A DNA stretch of 64,000 bases from NCBI RefSeq assembly GCF_963676685.1, contig NC_092346.1:5766001-5830000 (forward strand), read 5' to 3'. The notes under the pieces are model-generated. The model was not told where the DNA came from. It saw only the letters and a list, made by a program, of their open reading frames with translations, and ran no database searches. Positions within the stretch are counted from its first letter, which is position 1. Every line of letters begins with the position of its first letter. Position numbers and translations under genes: made by a program. Shown here piece after piece: positions 12,358 through 24,500 of this stretch. This DNA is from Mytilus edulis (taxonomy: Eukaryota).

Positions 12358-14330
12358 AACTCGTTAAATTTTTAATGTTTTATAAGCTTGTGTTTTCTTT
12401 TGCAAGCACCCTTATAATCCTAAATTAGCTCTATCTTTTGTGCGTTTGCTATCAATAGAGTCAATGGGCGGAGAATTTAAAGCGCCTATTAACCCAGAAT
12501 ATGAAACGTAAACAAATCCATACACAGAAATGAGTACTTTCCACTCAGTCCCTGATATCATACAAAGCAGTGTTTCGTTAGATTTAGATGGTATGAAATA
12601 AGAATAATGATCAATAATGAATATCATGTATTTGTCTTTCCAAATACCAGTATGGTTACATTTGTAATGCAATTGTGTTTCAGTATTTTTGTTTTTTTGG
12701 ACACTTCCTAAAAAGTTTATATATTATCAATTTTATTGATTTACTTATAAAATATAGGTGTTGTTACTGATATAGCAACACTGTCAGTCTCTTCATCGAA
12801 TTCTTCTTCTTCTTCTTCTTCTTCTTCTTCTTTAAGGTCAACAAGGCTTCAATACTGAAGAATACATGTTGTTGCGCATGCGTGATTGACAAAAATTTAT
12901 ACAAAATTTATAAAAATATTTTATAACAGTTGGAGTGTTTGTATTTACAGATTGTGATTAAAAATATATGTACATGTTTTGTTTGAAATTGTTTATTTGA
13001 AGCTAGAGAGAACAGCTGGTGTTAGCTGATCTCTAAAGCTGTCAACAGTGGTGGTTTCAATTACAGTTTGTGGTAATAAATTCCATTGAATAATTGTTCT
13101 CGGGAAGTATGACCATTTGTATGTGTCCTTGGAAGTTTGGATGTGTCTGTATGTCTGAGTATGATTTTGTCTTGTTCTGCTGTCTGTTTGTTCAAGAATA
13201 TGCGATGGAATGGCAACAAGACAATGTATTACTTTATAAAATAAAATAAGTCTGGTTTTTAAGCGTCTCTCAGCTAGTGGTGGCCATTTCAACTGATTTA
13301 GCATGTTTGTGACACTGCTCGTGTAATCGTAGTTGTTGTGTACATAACGAGCAGCACGCCTCTGTACCTTTTCTAATTGTATCTGTTGTTCTTCTCGAAT
13401 CCTGGTCTGTTCGGCCTAAATAGCTCCCACTCACATTTGGCTTTCAGGTTCGCACCCCACATGTTCACATTCTTTTTAAAGATTTTGTTTTGACTGGCTA
13501 TAAATTAAAGGACTATGCGAACATGTGGGGTAAGAAATTGAAAGGGAGCGAACATGATATTTGGTTCATTCATGCCTTCATCAAGGTTGTTCTTAAATGT
13601 ATTAGTAGTTGTCTAGTGGCCAAAAAATATGGCACAGGGCACAGGATGATACCTTTTTTTGTTTTTTTGTTATAAGATTAATATTAATTGGAAAATGGAG
13701 ACTTTAAGAATAACTTTGAAATAGTTCAATTCAATTTTGCTAAATATATTTCAATATTCTAGTTATTAGTCGTCTGACATCACCATGATCACAATTTAAT
13801 CAAAACTTCAGAAATTTAAAATTAACCTGTTTTAAAAAATAAGTTTTCCTTCTTTATACAATGTATCAGGTTCTCCATAAAAGCCTTAACATTTATTATT
13901 TCATGTCAATCATTGCACAAATTTGATATCAATTGTAGTGATGATAGAATTAGAATTATGTAACATGTATATTTCACTGTCTTTATTAAAGAACTTATGG
14001 ATTAAAAAAATGGAACAGGATTTTTTTAATATTAGAAGAAACTCAAAAGATAAACCTTTAAATTGTTCAATCCCACTAAGTTTCCAGTGATCGGGAAGGA
14101 CATGTGCCCTGCGTCTATAGCACATATTGACAAGAAATGGCGCATACAGTGACAAATGTAAGCGCCCACGTGGCGCACGATATTTTTCACTTCGTTTCGA
14201 AACGTTTAGATATTGTCAAATGGATTTACAATGTGTTCGGTGCTGCCATGTGTGTAAACACAACTGTGTAATGTTCCTCCAATAATAGGAGCACCTATAT
14301 ATTTTTTGGACGTCAGTTGTAGGTAATTAA
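12358..14330. promoter_or_regulatory. Probable divergent promoter interval between XDH and SLC30A6
   Basis: The genes are head-to-head. GGGCGG box near 12466. CpG-richer patch at about 14130-14210 with AAATGGCG (YY1-like) and CACGTG (E-box). Candidate first-exon donor AG|GTAATT at 14322/14323. TSS not determined. Confidence 0.5.
12802..13394 (-). mobile_element. 5'-truncated non-LTR retrotransposon (CR1/L2-group ORF2 C-terminus) with (GAA)n tail
   Basis: QLEKVQRRAARYV...LKWPPLAERR...SYFPRTIIQWNLLP (ORF 12993-13304). (TTC)n on + at 12802-12831. Candidate TSD TCGAAT at 12796-12801 and 13395-13400. Confidence 0.85.
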
Positions 14331-14844
14331 TCCTACATTTTTATTACATTACAATACTCATAAAACCCAGGTTTTTGGCATAAACGTATGTCCTAGGTAT
14401 TTCAAAGCAACATTATTTTTTTACATGTATTTGGGGTTTCTATAGACTATTTTGGAAACTTGAGGTTAAATGGTTACTAAAGCTTGTACACAGGTTAAAT
14501 AAGGGGAGAAATTAATTAGTTAATTTCCAGTGATGGTAATTTTTTTATATGCAATGAAATGTTATGTGAAATTTTTTCTATAGTACTGGACAGGATAAAA
14601 CTTTACTAATGCCAAGTATTTCTTTATTTGATAGAAAGATAAATTCTGCACAATATTTTGAATAGTGCAAATTTAAAAAAGACTAATAGGGGGAAATCAA
14701 TGGTGGTGTTACACCTAATAGTAGATAAAATTGATTACAAAAAAAAAATAGCAAAAGTTTTAGAATATTTTTTTTTTTTTTATAGTTCTTACAAATATGT
14801 AGTCTACATGGTCTAAGTTAACAAAAATATTATTTTTCTTGCAG

Positions 14845-14885
14845 ATGGCCAATTCAGTAGAGAGAGAACAAAATATTACACTTCT
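14845..14885 (+). other. Candidate upstream ZnT6 exon (MANSVEREQNITL..), out of phase with the 15441 exon
   Basis: Acceptor TTTTTCTTGCAG immediately followed by ATG, and donor CT|GTAAGT. It ends in phase 2 while the next exon starts in phase 0. Confidence 0.45.
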
Positions 14886-15440
14886 GTAAGTATTTACTAC
14901 TAATTAGTATTATAAATGACAGTCCCCCCCTTTTCAAGCTCAGCAACCTGCCATCCCAAAATTAAAAAAACATAGGAAACCAACAAATGATAGCTCTAAA
15001 ATTACAGTCAACATTAATTTTGGATCTCCAAATGCATTATGTCTTTCTGATAAGTGCTGTGTTTATTGTATTATAAAGAAAATACCTAAATGATTATAAT
15101 TTATTTTATTTTATCTAAGTTATATCTAAGAGAAATATATTATTGAGTTTCTGTTGATAGTTTTTTTTACTAAGGATGTTGTAACTTGCATTTACCATGT
15201 TTACAAAACTAAACTAGTGACTTTTCAAATTTAATAACCCAATGTTTTTTTAAACCTAGCTATAATATTGTCTGTTTAATTTCCATATTTCACAATCAGA
15301 CCTTTTCTTGTATATATAATATAGCATTGACTAGTTATTTATCATATGATCTTAAACTGTAAAAAATAAATCTATTTTCAAAAATTGTTTGCTTGCAATT
15401 TTGCTTATTAAAGTGTATGTATATTTTTCTTTTATTTCAG

Positions 15441-15524
15441 GGAACAATTTACCCTTTAGCTACACAAAAATCTTTCTTCAAAACAGTGCTCAAAGAAATA
15501 TCTAATGTAACAAGACTACAACAG
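15441..15524 (+). CDS. SLC30A6: ZnT6 exon (GTIYPLATQKSFFKTVLKEISNVTRLQQ)
   Basis: TTTCAG acceptor, CAG|GTATAT donor, phase 0/0; resembles vertebrate GTIH..SFF.K.L.E. Confidence 0.85.
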
Positions 15525-18500
15525 GTATATTTTGTCAAAACACAAATCTTTATACTGTTTTTAAAATTATAAATGGATCAGATACTAACATTTCTATTTC
15601 TATCAAACTATTTATTATACATAAGCAATTTTTATCAATCTTTTTATTTTTTCTGAAGCTGTCTTTTGATTTGTGAAACTATTAAACATGTAGTAACTTT
15701 TAAAATTTGTCAGTTTCAAGGGAGATAATTAGTTATTTTTGTTGGATATCCAAATATCTAAATAGAGTTATTTCCCTTGTCACAATGCTGCACATACTTA
15801 GTTTGTTTAACTTTTTGTGGTTTGACTTGCTTATTCTATTGGACATGATAAAGAAAACATAGCAGCATGATATCAAACATGACAGGTAAAAAATAATAGA
15901 AGTTTTCTACACCAAATTTTCAAAAACAGCACAAAGGAAAGCATTGAAAATGGAAAAAAAGAATGTGTAAAATAGACGACATCCTGACCAAAGAGCAGAA
16001 CACAGCCAAAAGGCTACCAATGGGTCAGTTTCTGATCTGTAGGTGGGGGTCTATGAGTTGGAACCTCCTTTTTTATTTTCCAATCAATGCATTTGAAAAG
16101 GAAAATATGGTTGAAACCCCCAATTTGTCCCTTTTGGACATGGTAAATAAATGGCTGTATCTGCCCCTAATGTTCAACTGATATTTAAGGCATTTAATCA
16201 GTAAATATTTATAGTGAATGTTTTCATCTTTTTTTTCTTTTCAGAGTAAAAAGATACTAACATTTTTAGTATTTAATTTTATTTGTACCTTTGTGTTGTT
16301 AATATGGTGTCACACAACCAACAGTATGGGTAAGTATGGACTCCTTTGTTATATCATTTATTCATAGCAATATAAAAGGGACGAAAGAGGAAGAGTCAAA
16401 CTCATAAATCCAAAATAAACTGACAACGCCATGGCTAAAATGAAAAAGACAAATAGACAAATGATAGTACGCAAGAAACAGCATAGAAAACTAAAGACTG
16501 TGCAACACAAACCCCTTCAAAAGCTGGGGGTGATCTCAGGTAAGCCAGAAGGGTAACCAGATCCTGCTCCACATGTGGCACCCGTCGTGTTGCTCATGTT
16601 AATACATAATATATGATTGAATTATAAATCAATTTGAAATAAAAACAAATTAAGGTGTTCATAATCACTTTTAATTTTAAAACATTTATAAAATAATAGA
16701 TGCCATTTTCATACAAATGCTGGTCTTTTATTGGATGAAAGGTGAATCATTTGATTCCCTCATATGTTTCCAATTCACATTTTACATTACTTATACATGT
16801 ATATATATTCTATATATGAAAAATTGATACAAGTATTTGATATTATCATTGTATGATGAATATTTTTGGAGCTACATGTATCTTATCATCTTCATTTTGC
16901 AAATTTGAACTTTATGACCTTTTGTTGTTTGAAGGTCAATGGACAATTTCTGCCAAAGTTTTGTCTTATTGTTCTTTTTTCAGATTCGAAATGTTAATAA
17001 CAAAAATATTTTTATTTTAGAGAACTGTAAATATAAAAACTGAATGCTGTGTTTAATTTATAAAAAATGAAATCAAGCCATGATCACAATTTAGCAAGAA
17101 AGGCTTCCACTCATGCAAAATGTAAAGTTCACTTGCTTTCACATTCTATAAATTACCAACAAAATCACTTCAGTTCTATAACAAAAACTAACACATAAAA
17201 AGATACAAAAGTTAACCAAAATAGACGTCAATAGGCAATATGCATTTTTTAACAAGAAAAAGATATAATGTTCTGGTGAAAAGTTGTTTTTCTTTATTTT
17301 TCTAGCCTTAACAGCCTATACCTATCTCACAATGTTCGACTTTTTAAGGTAAGTTGTTTTATTGTCATTTATTACTTTCTTAATCTTTTGCTATAAGTCT
17401 TCAGGAAATTATTTATGAAGACACATAATTTGCTTGAAAATTACAGGAAAAAAAAGATGTGGAAGGTAGCAAGGGTACTTTCTTATGGTGGTACCCAACA
17501 CTTTCCCTAAAATTAATTTGGATAGTTTAATTTTCATAAAATTTTATCAAAGTATTTACTTAGACCCCTTTTACAAAAATATAAAAATTTCAAAAATTTT
17601 GAACTGTTTTGTCAGAAAAATTACACTGGTTATATAGCAGTTTGACAAACACCAATTTTGATCATTGAGAAGCTCAATATTCCCTTTACAACACAACGTA
17701 ATTAAAACGTTTAGCTGACTTAACAGAGTTATCTCTCTGTAGTGTTAGGTACCGATTTAACTCATGAGTAGAAGAAAAACTGACAGTACCAAGACAAAAA
17801 ACAGAAAATAGCAAAAAGTCCACAAAACACTAGATAGGAAACTAGAGACTGAGGTTGTTAAGTTAAGTTCGCTTCCAACCAACATTAGAAGGTCAGCATA
17901 TGATAATGAATATTGATGATTAACACTTCATTGTGAAATTGCACCTTTATATGGGTGTCATTTCCTGGTTGTATTAGTAAAGCTTAGGAAGGCTGTAAAG
18001 ACGATGGTAGTTTTTGATTATTTTGAAATCTCACCATAATAGGAGTTATTTCCTGATATGTAATCAGGTTTGCGTAAGACAGTAGTGGAGATTTAAGTTC
18101 TTTGTAAGATTTAAGATTTTAGGGTCGGCTTTTTAACATTCTCATTTATTTGCTATAAATGAGTAGGAATTAATGACGACATTATAATTTGCTGGGGAAA
18201 AAGACTGAAGATATCAAAGGGACATTTAAAACTCTCAAGTCGAAAAAAAACTGACAATGTAGTGAGCGAAGAGATCTGAACACTCCATATGAGAGTTATT
18301 TCTCTTCATTTATTTATTTGTAAAAGGTGAAATGGGATAGTCAGGCTATTCATTAGGAGGTGGTACCCGGTACTTTTACCCTCCTCCTTTTACCCTATAT
18401 ATAAAATATTCATGGAATAAATTGAAAAGTACCACCTAGAAACGTGGAAAGTACCAGTCAACATGAAAGATAATGAAACCCCTAGATAGTATCTCATAAG

Positions 18501-21500
18501 CAATTTAGTTATAGAGACCTAAAGAAAATTTGTAATTATCACTTCAGGTGAAATCGCACCTTATTATAGGTGTTATTTCCTGGTCTTGTAATTAACACTT
18601 GTGTAGACAATAAAGATCATGGTACACTAGATTTTGATTATTTTGTAAATTAAAGTTCAATGCAATTTCCAATAATTTTGTAGATTAAAGTTCATGTTAG
18701 TTTTCACTTAAAATGTACGTACATGTGTACTACAAAATTTAGAGTTCATATTAATTTTCACCTTTAAACTGTTAAAGTGTGTATGAAATCCCATCTTATT
18801 ATAGGTGTTATTTACTTTTCTTGTTAAAAAAGCTTGTGTAAGACCCTAAAGATTATGAAAGCGTTAGATTACATGTACTTGTGAATTAAAGTTCAATGCA
18901 ATTTTCAATTATTTTGTAGATTAAAGATCACGTTAATTTTCACTTTCGTTGCGTATGAAATCGCACCTTGTTATAGGTGTTACTTCCTGGTCTTGTTAAT
19001 AACACTTGCGTAAGACAAAAATTCATGGTAGTTTTTGCTAATTTTGTAAATTAAAGTTCAATGTAATTTTGTATTATTTTGTAGATCAAAAAGTTTTCAC
19101 TTAAAGTCACTGTACTACAAAAATCAAAGTTCATGTTAATTTTCACTTTTATTATGTATGGTACAAATCTGTAAATAATCTCCAGTGTTGACGCCTGTTT
19201 ATCATGAGTATTTGTTGTTTAGAATGTCAATGAAATAAAAATGTGTGTAGCAAACAAAAACCCACTTAAATATCAACATTATGAAAATTACGAAATCGAA
19301 CTCCCTGACTGCGATGAGAAGGACATATTTACACAAGAAAACACAAAAATCATAACCAAACACACATTAAAATGTATTGTAAATGACAAACATGATCATG
19401 AAGTTACAAATTAAATTTCAAAAAGAACCATGTTTTTGTTATGAAAATATTTTCCCCCTGATTCCACATAGTATTGGACATGATAAAGAGTAAAAAGTAA
19501 AATCACAAAAATACTGGACTCTAAGGAAAATTCAAAAAGGGAAGTCCCCAATCAAATGCCAAAATCAAAAGTTCAAACACATCAAACGAATGGATAACAA
19601 CTGTTATATTCCTGACTTGGTACAGGCATTTTCTAAGAAAACTAAGTGTGAATATATATTATGCACGCCCTTCCACAAAGAATTAAATGAAACTTTAACA
19701 CAATATGATAAAGAAGATGTGGTGGGATTGCCAATGAGACAACTTTTAAGAGACATAAGCTTATTTATGATTATTAAGAAATGATATCTGAAGCAAATTT
19801 TTTTTTAATATTTTACTGATAGATGCCAGACTTTTTTTTTTTTTTTCAGTTAACATTTAGTTGCAATTTGGTGTTAAATATTTTTATGTATCAAAAACTT
19901 TTACGAAAATCCTCACCAAAATACATAGTGCTTGGATTTTAACAAATCATATTAGAATCAAGAACCCCTTCTTTAATTCCTTGTGTCAAAGATTATGAAA
20001 ATTTACAACTTAGGAACATTTGCTTTGTATGCACCAGTCTCTTTCCCTAACCTAAAAGTGTACAAGCTGGGCCCTTTCAGCCATGTTAGTTTCTGGTTTG
20101 TTTGTATATTTACAAAATTCAAATATTTTTTCGCACATGTTATTATTCATTTATGTTTCTAAACAGCATAAACTGGTTAAAACTGGGAAGATATTTACAG
20201 TTTGAAACAAACATCGAAAAAAAAAGATGACCATGAACTGTAATCTACTGTATTATTCTATCAATCCCTGGTCACTGATTGATGTTATATTGTGATCATC
20301 CTTCTCATCTACTCTAAACTTTTGTCTTTTGTTTTATTTTTGTTTTCTTTTGTATTAAAGTTCATGTTAATTTTCCCATTTGTTTTGAATATTTCAAACT
20401 GTAAAAGGCTTTAAACCAGTTTCTTTTGTTTAGAAGAATCTGAATAGAATGGAAACTTGTCCTTTTTAAAGGATCAAGATATGAAAGAATTAGATTTAAG
20501 AAATTTACATCATTTATTTGTTTGTCATAACAGTTATTTGTAGGTATATATTTACAGCCTAAACTATGTACATTTTCATCCAACAAAAACATAAAATCCT
20601 ATTTGTCTTTTCAGTTTATTGGTATGTCTGTTGACTTTATGGGTACAGATACAAAAACCTACATCAACATATTCATTTGGGTATGAGAGTAATATACATT
20701 GTAATTCATCATAAAAGAGGGGCAAAAAATACTAGAGGGACAGTCAAACTCATAGATCCAAAACAAACTGACAATGCCATGGCTAAAAATGAAAAAGACA
20801 AACAGAAAAACAATAGTACACATGACACAACATAGAAAACTAAAGAATAAACAACACGAACCCCAACAAAAACTAGGGGTGATTTCATCATAAAAGAGGG
20901 GCAAAAGATACTAGAGGGACAGTCAAACTCATAGATCCAAAATAAAGTAACAATGCCATAGCAAAAAAATAATAAGACAAATAAACAAATAATAGTACAA
21001 AAAACACAACATAGAAAACTAAAGACTAAACAGCACGAACCCCACCAAAACTGGGGGAGATCTCAGGTGCTCCCGAAGGGTTAGCAAATCCTTCTGCACA
21101 TGTGGCACCCATCCTGTTGCTCATGTTATTACAAAACTGGTAAATAGTCTAATTTGGTAGGTCACATTCATGGTGAAAAGGAAAGTGAATTGTAATTACA
21201 ACTTGAGGAACATATCTGATATCATCTGTGAAATGGTTATTCAATAATGGTCAACCAATTCGTAATGGTGTCCGTAAAATTTATGAAGGGATGATTTCAA
21301 CTTCATCATTTAATTTTAACCCCCCCCCTCCCTCCAACACTTTTTTTTTCATAGATTGAAAATGGTGATTCAAAAAGGAATGTAATTGGTAATCCTCAAG
21401 TGCCAAATGCTACTGTGTGTAACAGTTAGTGAAAATAAGCCTGTAATTTTAATCAACATGCATCACATTGTATTTTTGAGCTACAATAAGTGAAAAACAG

Positions 21501-24500
21501 ATTTTCATTTTATTTTGCAATAAAAAAAACTTAAAATATCATGTGAGGTTGCCTTTTAGAACCCTAATCATATAATGTTGAAAGACCATTCTAAAAAACA
21601 GTTTTCTATGCACAGGACACATATTTTGGAATAATCTTCATCAAGTACACTTCAGTTTAGAAAGGCAATGGTAGTTATAAAAAAAGAAAATGTGGTATGA
21701 TTGCCAATTAGACAACTCTCCACAGGAGACCAAATGATATAGATATTAACAACTATAGGCCACTATACAGCCTTCACCAATGAGCAAAACCAATACTACA
21801 TAGTAATCTGTTAAAAACCCTTTTGTAAAACAATTGAAAAGAGAAAACTAATGTCCTAAATTTTGTACAAAATAATGAACGAAAAATAAATATGTACATA
21901 ATGTTATGGTTGACATATGAACTTGTTCATTTTGTTTTACAGATATGAAAGATATGAGGTATTAGGAGTATTTGCCAGTACCATGCTAGCACAGTTAGGA
22001 TCTTTGTTTATTTTAAAAGAAAGGTTAGTGGCTTGGTGTTGAACTCAATTAATGTTATAGAACAAAATAAAAAAGAATTCATGTATTCAAGGGAAAAATC
22101 TGTTGTGCCATAAATAAAAATATTACCAGTAGTGTAAAGAGCTAATTATTGGTTGCATGCACTAATTTTATGCCTGCAAAAATTTTATGCATGGAAAAAA
22201 ATGAAAACTAATCTGACTATGCGGTATGGGCTTTGCTCATTGTTGAAGACCGTACGGTGACCTATAGTTGTTAATGTCTGTGTCATTTTGGTCTTTTGTG
22301 GATAGTTGTCTCATTGGCAACCATACCACATCTTCTTTTTTGTATTGAAATAATTTCATGCATTCAAAGCACTTTTCTGGATTTATCAGTAATGCTCAAA
22401 GCCAAATATTTTTATGCCGAGGATTATATAAGAACTTAAACAGTTGGGAGAGCTGTTCGACAAAAAAAGTACCTAAAAATAACAAAATTCTTATAAGGTC
22501 AACTTTACTTCAGGAAGTTGGAAACCAATAATTTTGAAATGACCAACAATATAAAAATCCTTGTAAATCTAGTATCTAGAAGAGGATAGTGCTATACAAT
22601 TTTGAACTTGAAAGAAGTGTCATAAACTATATATTGTCATAAACTATATGTACAGTGACCTATAGTTGTTTAAAATGTCTGTGTCATTTTGGTCTCTTGT
22701 GGACAGTTTTCTCATTGGCAATCATAGCACATCTTCTTTTTTATATATGAATATAATTGATAGATTGAATGATTGGTGTTTAAGGTCACTTTGTACACTA
22801 TTGTGCTATTTCATGGTGTTTAAATTTTATTGGTGGAAGACGCAGGAGTTCTTTGAGAGAATTATCGACCATCAGTAGGAAAACTAACAATCCTGGCCAA
22901 TTAAGATTGGAGTTGAGCACACCTGCCTAGTGTGGGATTAGAACTAACATCCTCAGTGTTGACAGGCTAGTGAAGAAGTTGTGCAACAACTTACACTAAA
23001 CAGCCACCAAATCCCCAATATGAAAATGAAAAAACAATAAGGTGATGTGGTATGACTGCCATTGAGACATCTATCAAACAGAGATGTTTGTCTTCAATTT
23101 CAGCAACTATAGGTCAACATGCGGTCTTTAACAAGGAAAAAAACCATACATCCTGTTCATTTGACATTACTATGAAATTCTTCTTCAGCAGAAACTTTTT
23201 ATTTTTGATTATTTATTTCAATGTTGTAAATTGAAAAATATGAAATTTGTATTTTTTTACTTTCAGTGTAGAGCGAATGTTTATACAACCTGATATACAC
23301 ACGTAAGTCTTTGATTTAGTACTTTAAACCATACCTCTCCTTGATTCAGTACTTCAACCCACACAAGTCCTTGATTTAGTATGTTTCTCCACACAAATCC
23401 TTGATTTAGTACTTTTACCAACACAAGTCCTTGGAATATAACTTTTATCAACACTAAAACTTTGTTTGTTTTTTTAAATGACTTCATATGTATACCATAT
23501 AAAGGTAACAACATCAACTGTTTGTGTGATGCTTTGAAATTGGGGAAGATCAATGTTAATTACTGTGCCCTTAAAGAGGTTCCTCTTGATAGCAAAAATG
23601 ATATTTAAAATATATATCAATTACAAACGAAAGTGAACCAACGCCTGGTGAGTCTGTAGTACGGTAGAGTCCATAAAGTGGATACCTCGCCGGGTATGCA
23701 GGGTCGTTATGATAAAAAAACATAAAATGTAGAGAGTCTTATAACAACAACACTTTAGGGACTGCTGCAGAAAATTTATTGATCGACATGTTTCGGTGCC
23801 TAGGGCGCCGTCATCAGGATAAAAACAATACATAAAATCATGCTGAAGAACAAAATCTATACACAGCCTGACAACTTATTGTATTATTCTTTCCACGATG
23901 CAAGAGGACAAACACATGTTGGCAGAATAATTTTAACAAACATTTTCACAACAAAAACATTTTATTTTAATTTCTTTTTATAGTTTACTTCCATACTTAC
24001 AATGAACTTTCACTTTCACTTTCAGTTGCTATTAACAACGTTACTTACCATTGTAACATTGTGATGTTTAAATTTTAACAACCTGATTTTGTTCTTTAGC
24101 ATGATTTTATGTATTGTTTTTATCCTGATGACGGCGCCCTAGGCACCGAAACATGTCGATCAATAAATTTTCTGCAGCAGTCCCTAAAGTGTTGTTGTTA
24201 TAAGACTCTGCATTTTTAAATATATATATATTAAAAGTTTAACAAGTAAGGAAGAATAAAACAATACTGTGAAATCAGATAGTGCAGCTTTCACAGTGTA
24301 TTGACTTAATTTTCATTTTTTTTTAACACAGCTAAAATAAAGTTTAAAACAAATGGATATATATTTAGAAAATCTTTTGTTTAAATAAGTGTTTTCTTTT
24401 AATTTCAGAGGTAGATTGTTGATAGGTACATTGTTTGCCTTCTTTGTGCATTTTACCCTTACATACAGTATAAACAACAGAGCCATGAACCATGTTGTTG

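Larger units (their letters stand above)
23618..24212. mobile_element. Penelope-like inverted pseudo-LTR insertion
   Basis: 125-bp inverted arms (23733-23857, 24085-24209; one mismatch seen), each containing a hammerhead core. TA-rich flanks on both sides. Confidence 0.75.

Noticed and set aside
12358-14330. Metal response elements (TGCRCNC) upstream of ZnT6
   Set aside because: No convincing match seen by eye in the putative core promoter.
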